A stretch of 64,000 nucleotides of DNA from the IMG/VR virus record IMGVR_UViG_3300042445_000711, positions 1 to 64,000 of that record, one strand, 5' to 3'. Each line of letters opens with the position of its first letter. The stretch's first letter is position 1. Source of the DNA: a virus. The notes beneath the pieces are model-generated. The model searched no databases and was not told where the DNA came from. It saw only the letters and a list, made by a program, of their open reading frames with translations. The position numbers were made by a program, and so were the translations under genes. Shown piece after piece: positions 38,180 to 49,400 of the stretch.

Positions 38180-41100
38180 TCTTACTAAACCCATCTACTT
38201 TTTTAATTTCAATTAAACCATCTACAATATCTCTCATTTGTTCTAAGTGTGATATAACCCATATAAAATCAAATTGAGTTTTAAGATATTGCATCATCAT
38301 AAATAAAGATGATAGATTATCCGAATCTAATGTTCCAAATCCTTCATCTATAACTAAGAAGTTTGGACGGGGTAAATTACATATGTTAATAAGAGCAACT
38401 CTAATTGCCAATCCACTAACAAACTTCTCCATACCACTACACATTTCTAATGGCCATTCCTGGTCATCATAAACTATTTTAGCATTGATTGATTTACCAT
38501 CCATTTCCATTACACATCCAAAATCAACTACTTGTGCAAGAATATTATTTACTTCATTTTCAATAACAGGTAAGGCTTTAGAAATTAACTCATAAGGTAT
38601 TCCATCTCTCTTTACAGAATCCAAATAGTAGGTGTATAAACGATTCTTTTCCTCCAAGTCCTTAACTTCATTCATTCTACCTTTTATCCCCTCTACAAAC
38701 GAAGATATGGAGGCAATAACACCCTTCGTATCACCAATCTTTCTACTCAATTCAGATACTTCCAATTCTATTTCTTTTTTGGTTCTTTGTAAACCATTTA
38801 TAATAGTTTCTATCTGAGTATTACGTTTGATTGTTTCTTCATTTACATAATATTTACGGATATTTTCTTCAACTACTTCTAATTGATGCTTTGCTAATTC
38901 TATTTTAGTTTTTAATCCGTTTAATTCTGCTTTTTCGGTTTCTATCGTAGAATATCCTTTTTGATATTTTAACTTTAATGTTTGTAAATTTTTGTATTGT
39001 TCTTTGGATGTTTCAAAAAGACTCATTACATTTAGAGAACCATTTACATCATCTAAACTATAATCCAAACTATCTTCTAATCCTTCTAATTCTTCTTTTG
39101 CTTTTAATGCATCTTTCACAAATACATTATCACAACAAAATTTACAATTAGGGTCATATTCATGCTTTTCTAAATGAGCAATCTTATCTTTAATAGATTG
39201 AATCTTTTGTTTTAATAATTGGTGTTTAGTATCTGCTTCACTAAAATCTTTTTCTGCTTGAACATAATTAGAGTGTGCTTCTTCAATATCAATATGTTCT
39301 TCTTGTGAAACATAAAACTTTTTAGTATCTTCCATTGATTGAGAAACTTCCCCAACTAATTTACTATAATCGGTAATAGTATTTTCTTTTGTTTCAAATG
39401 AAGCAGTATATCCATTTAATGTAGATTGTAATTTGGCTTTAGATTGGTTTAAATCATCTATATTTAAATTACCATCCATTGGAACTAACTGAGAACTTAA
39501 TCCAACAATCCTTTCTCCCAAATCATCCCTATCATATGTTCTATCACCTAATGTTTTTTCTAAATCTTTAAGTTCAGCAGTTTTACTAATAAATTCAATT
39601 TTCTTTTCAGCTAATTCAGATGTAAAATCTGTTTTCTTAAAGTTTTTAATTAAGATAGAAACTTCTTTAACATCTTCACTTGCAATATCATATAACTTGT
39701 CAAAGATATTAATACCCATAAACTGTGCTAATAAATCTTTTCTTTCAGATTGGGATTTATCAATGAATAACGCGTTGTTACCTTGTAAAGATAATGCAGT
39801 TAAAATAAAATCTTCATATTTTCCTACATATTGTTCAATAATTTGATTTGTATCTCTTCTTTCGTTTCCGTTTAGGATAGTATTTAATCCACCCTCTTCT
39901 TTCCAAAACTGAACATCAACTTTAACATTCTTTCCTTTGTTAATTGTTTTAGCAGTTCTTTCAATATGGTAATCTAATCCATCAATTTGAAAATGTAAAT
40001 GACAAACAAAATCTGTTTTACGATTATTTAGAATATTAGATGCTTTAAATGCTCTACTACATTTATCGTATAAACAAAATGATATTGCATCAAATAAAGA
40101 AGATTTACCTGCTGCATTTGGTGCAAACAATCCCATCAATCCACCTACTTTGGTAAAATCAATTTTGTTATTTTCCCCATAAGAGAACATATTTGAAAAC
40201 TCAAACTTAACTGGTTTCCAATGTATATTTCTATGAGTATCTTCGTGGGTAATTCTACTATTAATATCTCTATTTATTGCTTCTAACCCATCCAAATCTT
40301 CTTTACTAACGAATGGCATCATTCTGTTAATATAATCGTTTATAAGAGAGTTCTGATAGTTTACATCCGTTATATCTTCAAAATCTAATCTATTGTTTCT
40401 ATTACCAGTTTTTGATTTAGAAAAAGAATCGGTTCTAATAATTGTAAAATCTTCAACACCATATAATTGTTTTATTTCAGCAATTACTTTCTTTGTATCG
40501 GCAGTATCGGTATTGGATAAACGAACTCTTAAACGAGGATTCTTTGGCATATCGGAAACCTTTGGAACATTTCCATTATCAATATCCATTGTGTAATATC
40601 CATAATCATTTTGAATATCAATTTCCTCATAACTCATTTTATCCAAATCCCAAACAAGCAAACCATGTTTCTCTAAAGTTTCACCAAAGTTTTGTTGAAC
40701 CAATGAACCTGCATACGCAATCGTACATCCTTTAGGAGATGTAATAATTTGTCGTTTATGAATATCACCTAATAAGGCTAAATCGTATCCATCAAACATA
40801 TCTGGTGTAAAATGACGAGATGAAACTACATACCCAATATCTGTTTGAGATGTATCCAAGGGTCCGTGAAAAAGAGCAATCTTTTTATTACCAAACAATT
40901 TATTTGCAGGAATCCAATTATCTCTTTTGTCAAAAATAGAAAATACTGAAAAATCTACTGCACCAATAGAATAAACTTGAGTATCTCGTAGGTATGTAAA
41001 GTTTGGTAAGTTCAATGCTTCTACAATTGGAGTCAATACATCCAATCTATCGGAGTTATTCATATTACAATCGTGATTACCTGTAATAAGAATAGTTTCA

Positions 41101-41327
41101 CACAATTTAGAACATTCTGTAAATAACCAACTAATCTCTCTCACTAATTCAGGAGATAATTCTAATTTAGCATGAGCAATATCTCCTGCTAAATAAATAA
41201 TTGAATCCTCTGTTCCTCTTTTACGAATCTCATCAAACATTTTATTAAATACTTGACGATACTCATTATGTCTTTTCACATTACGGATATGAACATCGGC
41301 AATGTGATAGATTTTCTTTAAACTCAT
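38169..41327 (-). CDS. Mre11/SbcD-Rad50/SbcC (gp47-gp46) fusion nuclease-ATPase
   Basis: ADVH, AGD, GNHD, GDIH; Walker A APNAAGKSS; Zn hook CKFC; CSGME; LVIDEGFGTLD; ISH. Confidence 0.95.
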   Translation of the reverse strand: MSLKKIYHIADVHIRNVKRHNEYRQVFNKMFDEIRKRGTEDSIIYLAGDIAHAKLELSPELVREISWLFTECSKLCETILITGNHDCNMNNSDRLDVLTPIVEALNLPNFTYLRDTQVYSIGAVDFSVFSIFDKRDNWIPANKLFGNKKIALFHGPLDTSQTDIGYVVSSRHFTPDMFDGYDLALLGDIHKRQIITSPKGCTIAYAGSLVQQNFGETLEKHGLLVWDLDKMSYEEIDIQNDYGYYTMDIDNGNVPKVSDMPKNPRLRVRLSNTDTADTKKVIAEIKQLYGVEDFTIIRTDSFSKSKTGNRNNRLDFEDITDVNYQNSLINDYINRMMPFVSKEDLDGLEAINRDINSRITHEDTHRNIHWKPVKFEFSNMFSYGENNKIDFTKVGGLMGLFAPNAAGKSSLFDAISFCLYDKCSRAFKASNILNNRKTDFVCHLHFQIDGLDYHIERTAKTINKGKNVKVDVQFWKEEGGLNTILNGNERRDTNQIIEQYVGKYEDFILTALSLQGNNALFIDKSQSERKDLLAQFMGINIFDKLYDIASEDVKEVSILIKNFKKTDFTSELAEKKIEFISKTAELKDLEKTLGDRTYDRDDLGERIVGLSSQLVPMDGNLNIDDLNQSKAKLQSTLNGYTASFETKENTITDYSKLVGEVSQSMEDTKKFYVSQEEHIDIEEAHSNYVQAEKDFSEADTKHQLLKQKIQSIKDKIAHLEKHEYDPNCKFCCDNVFVKDALKAKEELEGLEDSLDYSLDDVNGSLNVMSLFETSKEQYKNLQTLKLKYQKGYSTIETEKAELNGLKTKIELAKHQLEVVEENIRKYYVNEETIKRNTQIETIINGLQRTKKEIELEVSELSRKIGDTKGVIASISSFVEGIKGRMNEVKDLEEKNRLYTYYLDSVKRDGIPYELISKALPVIENEVNNILAQVVDFGCVMEMDGKSINAKIVYDDQEWPLEMCSGMEKFVSGLAIRVALINICNLPRPNFLVIDEGFGTLDSDNLSSLFMMMQYLKTQFDFIWVISHLEQMRDIVDGLIEIKKVDGFSKINF

Positions 41328-42265
41328 AAACTATTAATTTTTGTTAATAACAACTCCTCTATTCCAAACTCTTTTGTATTATTTAATTCTTCGTAAAACT
41401 TATTATACCCCATATCGGCAGCATCTTTATCTTTTAGATTCATAAACTTAACATTTATTCCTTGCTTCCTAAAATATTCGGATGCTTTCAATGCTTCTGT
41501 TTTTGCATCATTATCCAATGAGATAACAATATCACTAACCCCATTCATAAAGATTTTCTCAACTAATGTTTTAGATGGAAACTTACCTAATAGTGGAATT
41601 GCGTTTCTTCTGATTGTAATTGCATCAAATACTCCCTCACATAAGATAATAGGTTCATTCCAATTTATTTGTGAATCAAAACAAATTACATTCTTACTGA
41701 TTGGTGGGTTTTTGTATTTCATCTTCTCATCTACATAATAAGAACGAGAAACAAAGTAATTTAACGAACCATCGCAATTGTAAGATGGGATAATTACTCT
41801 TCTACTATATAAACCTTCTTTACAATACCCAATACCATACTTTACAATTTGTTTTTCTGTTATACCTCTTTGAATAAGGTAGTTCATTGCCTGTTTATAT
41901 TCTGGATTGAATCCTTTTGGTTGTTCTGCTAATGAAATAAACTCTTTTGGTAATGATATGAATATTTTAGCATCACCATCTTCGTTTTGTGGGTTATAGT
42001 GTGAATCACCATATATCTCCCTAATAACTGCAATAGTTTTTCTATCAACATCTAATTTCTTTAATAAGGATGTAAGTTTCTTACCACCACTATTACACGT
42101 CCAACAATGCCAATTCTGTGTTTCGGTATTTACTTGTAATTTTTGTTTGTGATGGTGGCAAAATGGACAGTAGAATGCTAATTCGTTTCCCCTTAAAACG
42201 GAAAAACTCCCTAACGTATTAGATAGTGTTGTAGTAATCTTTGTCTTGTCTGTATTATTCAGCAT
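41324..42265 (-). CDS. DNA primase (Zn finger plus TOPRIM)
   Basis: CPFC...CWTC, RVIIP, KYKNP, EGVFD, LDND, KDAAD. The start at 42265 is preferred because the promoter overlaps the track start. Confidence 0.92.
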   Translation of the reverse strand: MLNNTDKTKITTTLSNTLGSFSVLRGNELAFYCPFCHHHKQKLQVNTETQNWHCWTCNSGGKKLTSLLKKLDVDRKTIAVIREIYGDSHYNPQNEDGDAKIFISLPKEFISLAEQPKGFNPEYKQAMNYLIQRGITEKQIVKYGIGYCKEGLYSRRVIIPSYNCDGSLNYFVSRSYYVDEKMKYKNPPISKNVICFDSQINWNEPIILCEGVFDAITIRRNAIPLLGKFPSKTLVEKIFMNGVSDIVISLDNDAKTEALKASEYFRKQGINVKFMNLKDKDAADMGYNKFYEELNNTKEFGIEELLLTKINSL

Positions 42266-42269
42266 GATA

Positions 42270-42301
42270 CAAATATACGACATTTATTTCAAATTTCCAA
42301 A
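42270..42301 (-). promoter_or_regulatory. Bacteroidota-type primary-sigma promoter
   Basis: Exact TTTG-N20-TATATTTG immediately upstream of the primase gene. Confidence 0.78.
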
Positions 42302-42718
42302 TTATTTAAACCATTCTTCTGGAATAAATTTATCTGCATACAAAAATCCGTTCTTATCACACCAATCTGCGTAAGATGTTTTTGAATTTTTTGAAATTTT
42401 GTTTTTGGATGATGTGAATACAAACCTAATATCAAATTCAGGATGTTGTTCTTTTATAAATAGATGTTTCTTTCTATCAGCAGGAACAAACCTACCTTTA
42501 GTTTCTACAAAGATACCATTTGGTAATTTAAAATCTGGATTGTATGTATGTTTTGAAGCAGGTATAATGTACGGAATCTTTTCTGATTCGTATTGTACAG
42601 GAATACCTTTACTATCTATTTGAATTGATATTGATTCTTCTAAGCCTGATTTGAAACCATGCTTCCTTGCTACCCAACCTTTTTTGGTTGGTTTTTTTAA
42701 TGTAACCTTTTTAGCCAT
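42302..42718 (-). CDS. T7 endonuclease I-like Holliday junction resolvase
   Basis: FKSGLEE, YNPDF.LPNG, VETKGRF..DRKKH, DIRFVF, YADWC. Confidence 0.92.
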   Translation of the reverse strand: MAKKVTLKKPTKKGWVARKHGFKSGLEESISIQIDSKGIPVQYESEKIPYIIPASKHTYNPDFKLPNGIFVETKGRFVPADRKKHLFIKEQHPEFDIRFVFTSSKNKISKNSKTSYADWCDKNGFLYADKFIPEEWFK

Positions 42719-42720
42719 TA

Positions 42721-42927
42721 TTATTTAAAAGTATCAGAATACTTTTTTTCACTTATTGCACCACCTCTACCTGTTTTGAATTTTTCAGCAGTTAAGATTT
42801 GCTCATCTGCTTTTTTCAAATCATTTGTAGTGTATGGAGTTTTTGCATTAACTCCTGCATCAAATCCAATCTTATCAACACCTAATGCTGATTGTTGTGC
42901 TTTGTATAATTCTTCTATTGTAGGCAT
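42721..42927 (-). CDS. Hypothetical 68-aa protein
   Basis: ATG-start ORF co-oriented with its neighbours. Confidence 0.7.
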   Translation of the reverse strand: MPTIEELYKAQQSALGVDKIGFDAGVNAKTPYTTNDLKKADEQILTAEKFKTGRGGAISEKKYSDTFK

Positions 42928-42939
42928 AGTTTATATTGT

Positions 42940-43185
42940 TTATTTTAATGTTACTATTGGGTATCCACCAGAATCCTCTGGTATTTTATTTTTTATATCT
43001 TCTGCATTTGGATAATCATCTGTTAAAAATATGTGAACATATTTATTAAAATTTTCTTCTAATATAAATTCTTTTAGTAATTCTCCATTTTCTAATAAAA
43101 GAATACCAAATAATTTATCATCAATTAATTGAGCATTAGCTTCATTAATTAAAAAATACTCAAATGCTTCTAGTTGTAGTTCCAT
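42940..43185 (-). CDS. Hypothetical 81-aa acidic protein
   Basis: Co-oriented ORF preceded by GATATTTATA. Confidence 0.7.
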   Translation of the reverse strand: MELQLEAFEYFLINEANAQLIDDKLFGILLLENGELLKEFILEENFNKYVHIFLTDDYPNAEDIKNKIPEDSGGYPIVTLK

Positions 43186-43199
43186 AATATTATTTTATA

Positions 43200-43209
43200 T
43201 ATAAATATC
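43200..43209 (-). promoter_or_regulatory. GATATTTATA motif
   Basis: Intergenic, 15 nt upstream of the ATG at 43185. Confidence 0.6.
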
Positions 43210-43211
43210 AA

Positions 43212-44417
43212 TTAAGTATCAAAACGGACAATAAAGTTTACGGGAATTTCCGGGTCTGATTTAATTGGCTTTGGTAACTTTGCTACTGCAACCAAATCAC
43301 AATCATCATCGTATAAACCAATTGTTGTTATAAATGGTGCTAAGAACGAACCAGTTGAATCCACAGAACCACTTAAATCATAATGTTCAAATCCTGCTAA
43401 TTTATTTCCAACTGAACCTGAAAATCTATGGTCTAAAATATTTCCATTTTCTAATGTAGTTAATTTTTTAATATATTTTACAGGTTGCTCCGTATATACT
43501 CGCTTAGCTTTACCATAATCATCAATAAATGTTTCATATGAACCACCTACTGATTTTACTGCTGATGGGTTTGTAGATACATTATAATCAGATTCATTTA
43601 CAATTAAAAGATACTCGTGTTCGTAAATAGTTTCAGTTGATTTAAATGTTAAATCCCATGTATTAATTAATCGTATATCCGAATTTCTAGTTAATGTAAC
43701 CAAACCATGATTATAAAAAACATTACCAATTTTAATACCACTTGCTTCTTCAGGTAAGAATGTAAAATTATCTGCAATCATTCTACCCGTTTCTAAATCA
43801 AATGTATCAACTAAAGCAGAATAAGAATTTCCACTTACAGAAATTGTTATTTCATTATTTTCTACATCAAAAAAATAACTATTTATTGTAGCAGAGTAAG
43901 TATTTCCAACTACATCTTCAAATACCATAACACCCGCAGCAGGTTCAATTCCGTTATTTATTAAAGAAATTATTATTTCATCTCTTACATCAAATAAATT
44001 ACCATTACTATCATCAGTAAATGCAGTATTATTTTCATTTAAAGTTACCGAACCTTTTTTAATACCTTCACCAACGTATATATTTGGTATTGATATAACT
44101 TTTGCAGACCCACTTAAAAATCGTTCTGTTGCGTTTATAGATTCAATATAATTTTTACTCTTATTACCAATTCTAACAAACGGATTATCTTCGTGTCCAT
44201 TATAAAATTGTGCTCTTAATTGCCCATAAACAGAATGTTTATTATATGATGACCCACTTAAACTACCAGAAGTTAATACATTTGAATCGGTTGATGTATA
44301 ATCCCCACTAACTGCTTCTAATACAGTAATTTCTGTAGAGTCATTATCAAACGCCCATTGTTTGTAAGCTTTGAATGGTCTTACACTAATATCTGATTTT
44401 GGTATTCGTTTTAACAT
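43212..44417 (-). CDS. Virion baseplate/tail-collar-like structural protein
   Basis: C-terminal ITTIGLYDDDCDLVAVAKLPKPIK, shared with the adjacent paralog. SGS-rich. Confidence 0.72.
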   Translation of the reverse strand: MLKRIPKSDISVRPFKAYKQWAFDNDSTEITVLEAVSGDYTSTDSNVLTSGSLSGSSYNKHSVYGQLRAQFYNGHEDNPFVRIGNKSKNYIESINATERFLSGSAKVISIPNIYVGEGIKKGSVTLNENNTAFTDDSNGNLFDVRDEIIISLINNGIEPAAGVMVFEDVVGNTYSATINSYFFDVENNEITISVSGNSYSALVDTFDLETGRMIADNFTFLPEEASGIKIGNVFYNHGLVTLTRNSDIRLINTWDLTFKSTETIYEHEYLLIVNESDYNVSTNPSAVKSVGGSYETFIDDYGKAKRVYTEQPVKYIKKLTTLENGNILDHRFSGSVGNKLAGFEHYDLSGSVDSTGSFLAPFITTIGLYDDDCDLVAVAKLPKPIKSDPEIPVNFIVRFDT

Positions 44418-44424
44418 ATCAGTA

Positions 44425-44433
44425 ATAAATATC
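44425..44433 (-). promoter_or_regulatory. GATATTTAT motif
   Basis: Lies between the terminator and the ATG at 44417. Confidence 0.6.
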
Positions 44434-44442
44434 TCATAAACT

Positions 44443-44464
44443 AAAAACCCACCAAAAGGTGGGT
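44443..44464 (-). terminator. Rho-independent terminator
   Basis: ACCCACC-TTTT-GGTGGGT hairpin followed by a T-run on the minus strand, just after the stop at 44489. Confidence 0.8.
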
Positions 44465-44488
44465 CAGTAGTTTATAAATTACTCTAAA

Positions 44489-45748
44489 TTAAAAATCTAA
44501 TTTAACTTTGATTGCCACTTCTTTATCAAATGATTTCTCAACAGGTTTAGAAGTTTTTGCTACTGCTAATAATTCGTTAGCATCATCGTATAAACCAACG
44601 GTTGTTATATAAACTCGTGGGTCTCTTTCAAATGTTGCTTGAACAAATTCACCAACAGAACCAGTTACGAATGTTGGGTTGTTTGAAAAATTAAATTCTC
44701 TGTTATTTGCTCTTACAAAATAATGAGAAGTTGAAACATTTTCTGTTCTACGAACTTGAAAATCACCACCACTTGCTAATGCTTTTAATAATGCAATTGA
44801 ACCGGATGATGCATTTTGAATTGATGCTGATGTTGAATTATTATGATACACACCTGTAATTGAACCAGTTGCTGCTGATAAGTTTGCATTAACGTTAGCT
44901 GCTAATGCTGCAGGATTTAACAATATAATACCCATATCTGGATAAAATAATCCCCACCCTTGTCCGTTTGAAGATGTATATGTATTAATTGATGCCGATA
45001 ATGCAGAACCAATATTTAATGAACCACTAACTAAGTTATAAACTCTACCTGATGTAGTTACGTTTTCATCCGTTCCACCACTATCATCAATTAAAGTAAC
45101 AGTTCCTAACGAACCTACTAACTTAATTGAAATATTACCTGGATCTAATCTTTCTTTATATCTTGCTCTATTAATGTTAATTGCATAAAAGTTTTCTAAA
45201 TCATGAGCTCCCGCAGTTGAACCACTATATACACTAAAGTATGAATCAGCAGAATCTAATAAAATATTACGATATTGATTATAAGTTGCTTTTGTAGGTA
45301 AAGTAGATGAATCATCTTGTGTTAATGTAGGTGCTCCATTTCCACTCTTATCACCATATGCAATTGAGAATTGAACTTCAGATGCCGTTGATGATGTTAA
45401 TCCGTTATAAACATCTATGTAGTATTTACCACTAACACTTTCAATTTGTGTAGATGATGTGTAAGTTGCATTAATTGCTAATGAACCCGTATCACCACTC
45501 CATATTCCAGAAGTTACAATTTCTGTTCTGTTGGTTACTTTATCAATTGCTCCAAACTTTTTATAAATACCATTTGTAATAGTAGTTATATCGGAACTAA
45601 TTTGTTCTCCAGTTCCTAAAAATTGATTTACAATTCTAACTAATTCGCTAGAATCTACGGGAGTTCCTGCGGTGTTAGCAGCACCTGCCAAATATTGTGA
45701 TATTTGACTTGCTAAAAGTGCTCCTCTATTGTCTCTAATTATTGCCAT
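44489..45748 (-). CDS. Virion baseplate/tail-collar-like structural protein
   Basis: C-terminal NNPTF...YITTVGLYDDANELLAVAKTSKPVEK. S/T/G-rich. Confidence 0.75.
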   Translation of the reverse strand: MAIIRDNRGALLASQISQYLAGAANTAGTPVDSSELVRIVNQFLGTGEQISSDITTITNGIYKKFGAIDKVTNRTEIVTSGIWSGDTGSLAINATYTSSTQIESVSGKYYIDVYNGLTSSTASEVQFSIAYGDKSGNGAPTLTQDDSSTLPTKATYNQYRNILLDSADSYFSVYSGSTAGAHDLENFYAININRARYKERLDPGNISIKLVGSLGTVTLIDDSGGTDENVTTSGRVYNLVSGSLNIGSALSASINTYTSSNGQGWGLFYPDMGIILLNPAALAANVNANLSAATGSITGVYHNNSTSASIQNASSGSIALLKALASGGDFQVRRTENVSTSHYFVRANNREFNFSNNPTFVTGSVGEFVQATFERDPRVYITTVGLYDDANELLAVAKTSKPVEKSFDKEVAIKVKLDF

Positions 45749-45757
45749 TTTTCTTTA

Positions 45758-46381
45758 TTATTGAACGTAAGTTACGGTAATTGGAATAGTTTGTGAACCT
45801 CCTGTTTCATTACCATAAACTGTAATAGTAGTTCTAATGGTAGATGTTAAAGATGGGTTTGGTATAAATTTAAATGTTAATCCTTTAGATACTGCCGCAG
45901 TTGCAGATACATCATCTCCGATAAAGATAGGTACTGAACCTACTTCCGATGTTACACCCGAACCAATAATATCACCTGCGTTTTTGTTTGATAATACAAT
46001 AGTATATCCTAAACTTCTATTTCCCGCTGGAGATGTTGTTGGTGATAAAGCAACTTCACCACTTTTTTGATTAACTGCAATATTAGGAACTCCAAATTCA
46101 ACAATCGGAATACGAGTTGTATTTTTTGGAAGGGTTACTAACTTATACTTCATTACCTGTGTTTCATCAGGATTTGCTTCCAATACAGGCATATTTTTAA
46201 TTGCTGCATCGTAGTAAGATGAACCAAGTGGATGAGCCGGCTCATATAATGAATAATCAATCTCATCATCTGCTAATGCAAATTGAGTGATGTTTAAACC
46301 TTGTCCCGCTGCCAGTTTTTCTCTACCTTTTTTTGTAAGGATTGCATCTACTGTTAATTCGGTATTACTTAAATATCCCAT
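45758..46381 (-). CDS. Virion baseplate/tail-collar-like structural protein
   Basis: DAILTKKGREKLA..ITQFALADDEIDY resembles the N-terminus of tail-collar fibre domains. Confidence 0.72.
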   Translation of the reverse strand: MGYLSNTELTVDAILTKKGREKLAAGQGLNITQFALADDEIDYSLYEPAHPLGSSYYDAAIKNMPVLEANPDETQVMKYKLVTLPKNTTRIPIVEFGVPNIAVNQKSGEVALSPTTSPAGNRSLGYTIVLSNKNAGDIIGSGVTSEVGSVPIFIGDDVSATAAVSKGLTFKFIPNPSLTSTIRTTITVYGNETGGSQTIPITVTYVQ

Positions 46382-46403
46382 AGTCTTAATGTATTATCTT
46401 TAA

Positions 46404-46412
46404 TATAAATAT
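46404..46412 (-). promoter_or_regulatory. ATATTTATA motif
   Basis: Intergenic, upstream of the ATG at 46381. Confidence 0.55.
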
Positions 46413-46429
46413 AGTTTTTTTAAAAATTA

Positions 46430-49400
46430 TTACTCTACTTCCAAAATTGGTTCGTTTGCACTTCTACCTGCTTTATTAACCTTTAATGTATTAGGATTAG
46501 ATACAAATGTTTCAACTGGTGAAGAACCATCTAATGTAGTTGCTGCCGTATTTTTTGAACCATTATAAAAAGAATTTTGCAATCCTCTTGTCAAATCCGT
46601 TGTGTTTCTATAATGTGTTGGTAAATATCCATTTAAAGGAATTACTTCAATAATACTACCCGTCCCTGCGTTTATTGTTTTAGAACCTGAGAATGGTTGT
46701 ATATTTAAATTGGTTTCATAATAAACAGATGAGGTTAAAACAAAACCGTCTTTTATATCACCAATACCATTTACTGTTGTTTTATATTTTAAAGTTTTTC
46801 TTGTTTTTTGTTCTTTAACTAAATCAACTTTAACTCTTTCTTTTACTCTTCTATTGTTTTTATCAAAATATGTTCTAATCGCGTGTCCATCTTGTGCGTA
46901 TAATCCAAATCCAATACTTTCATAATCAGTTTGACCAACTATAATACTACTATTGATTAAATCAATTTCAGTAACTATTGTTGGGTCTTCTAATCCTGCA
47001 TCTATTGTAACTTCTTTTTGATAATATTCTGCACCTACTAATGTAGTTTCTGTATTTTGGATTTCAGTATCATATTGATAATTTTCAGCAATTAAATTTT
47101 CACTTAAATTTGCATCAATTACAGTTTCTTTTTGATTATTTTCTCCAGTTAATAAATATTGAGAATTTGCATCTAACGTTACTTCTTGTTGAAAATTTTC
47201 AGAAGTCAATACAGTTGAATCATCATAATGTATTACAGATTCGTATTGATTATTTTCTCCAGTTGGTTTCTTTTGAGCAATTTTACTTCTTTCTAAAAAA
47301 TGTGGTTCAATTAAAAGACCTGTTGTTGCTTTAACTCTAGCAGGCAACATATTTTTAATATCTTCAAACATAGATTTCTCATACAACTTAATTAAGTTAA
47401 TATAAGCATATATGTCTATGTTATTAAATCTTTTAAAATAATATTTTCTTAAATCATCTAAACCTCTATAATTTGTTTTGTATCTATCCGATGGGTCACC
47501 AATATAATTATCTAAATTAATACCACCAAACGATTTAGCAATATCAATATTCAACTCTTTTGTAGGAGAAAAGAATAAACCAACTCTATTAGAATCCGTT
47601 GGTGCTTGGTCTAATGATTTTCTAGTAGCTCTACTATTAACCGATAAATCTGTTACTAATGTTTGTTCTTCAAAACGAATTTTATTAGTTGAATATCTCG
47701 ATGAACCAACATCTGGTATATCTAACACAACTGTTCTATCTATTGCTTCAAAATTATATGGATACGATACTGCATTTGAAAAACCATAAGCACTTGCCGA
47801 ATATGATGCAGAAGGATTTTCTGAAAATAATAAAGAAGTATTTCCATCTTCGTAATTATTTCTTGTTAAACTTCCACTAAAATAAATATTAGTATCAACA
47901 TTTGGTAAAGATGCAGATGGGTATAAATTTTTTGGATATTCAAAATCTAAACGGAAAAACAAATCATCAGTAGATGCCGAAACGTGATTACCATTAATCA
48001 TTTCAGGAAACGAAACGTGCTCAAAAAATCTTTCTCTTTCCAATGGTGTACTCCATAAACGGAATTCATCGATACTACCACTAAAGTTTCCACCTAGTGT
48101 AATTAAAGAACCATTATTCCAATTAGAACTACCACTTGAAATACTTGCAGATATAGTATTTTGAAATAAAGTTCTTTCTTTATCTGATTGTCTAACATTT
48201 AATTCAAAATTATGAAAACTACCAGTAACTTCTCTACTTACTGATATACCAAAAAATGAACCATTAAATATTGGTAAGATAGAAGAACTAATTCCGTTTG
48301 AACCAGAATAATCAAATATTACATACCCATTATTACTATTAGCAGAACCACTTACTTTTACATCCCAACCACTACCTGAAATTAAAGTATATTCTCCACT
48401 TGTTGCAGGTTTTACAAAAAATTCAATGGTATCGGGTTTTCTATTTCTTTCAGTATCTTTCCATTGAAAATCAATTTTAGAACCACTTGTCATTTTAAGA
48501 GCAGTTGTAATGTTATCCATTATCAATTTACTCCTATTAGTATCCGTTACTTCCGGTCCTCCAAATTCTAAAATAGAAAGATTTGATGATGGAATACCAT
48601 AGCAACTTAATAAAGCATATATACCTCTTCTTGTACCTTTGTGTTTTAATAAATAAGGTAAGTTATTTACAATTCTTCTCCAAACTTCATTTGTTCTTTC
48701 TTTACCAGGTGAAGCATTTACAACACTACCATCTATATTTTTTCCAAATACATAATTCCAAAGTTTAGAATCGGAAGCTAAATTCTTAGCATTCCAATCA
48801 AAAGATTTAAGTGTTTCAAATAAAAGTTTATCTGAAATACCATTTTTTGATTTATAACCCAAACCTCTACTTTTTTCAATTGATTTTGTATAAAAATATA
48901 TGTTGTCAAAATGTTGTCCAATCATTGATAAAAATAATAACATACTTTCATTTTCTGTATTATTTACAATAAATTGTGGAATGTTGTTTTGAACCCAATT
49001 TGGATTTTCTATATCAAAATCTTCGGATAATGTTATAATAGTTTCATACCAATCAGTTACTTCCGTTGTACTACTTAATTTTCTAATACTACCGTTATGT
49101 GGCCAACTTAATGAAGATGATGTGTATAAGAATTTTTCAAATCCATCAAATCCATTTACTAATTGATTTTTCTTTAATAATTGTTTATCACGTTCTTGTA
49201 TTGCAGATAATGAACCAGTATGTCCAGATAAGTATGGGTCATAATAAGATGCAGATATTAAAGATTCATAATTTTCAATTAATTGAACTTTATAAACAAA
49301 ATTATCTACTCTTTCTTTTGCCGAACTAAAGTGTACAAAATTATCCCAAGCATATGTAGAACCTGTTACATATTCAATATTCAAATCATCTGTACTAACT

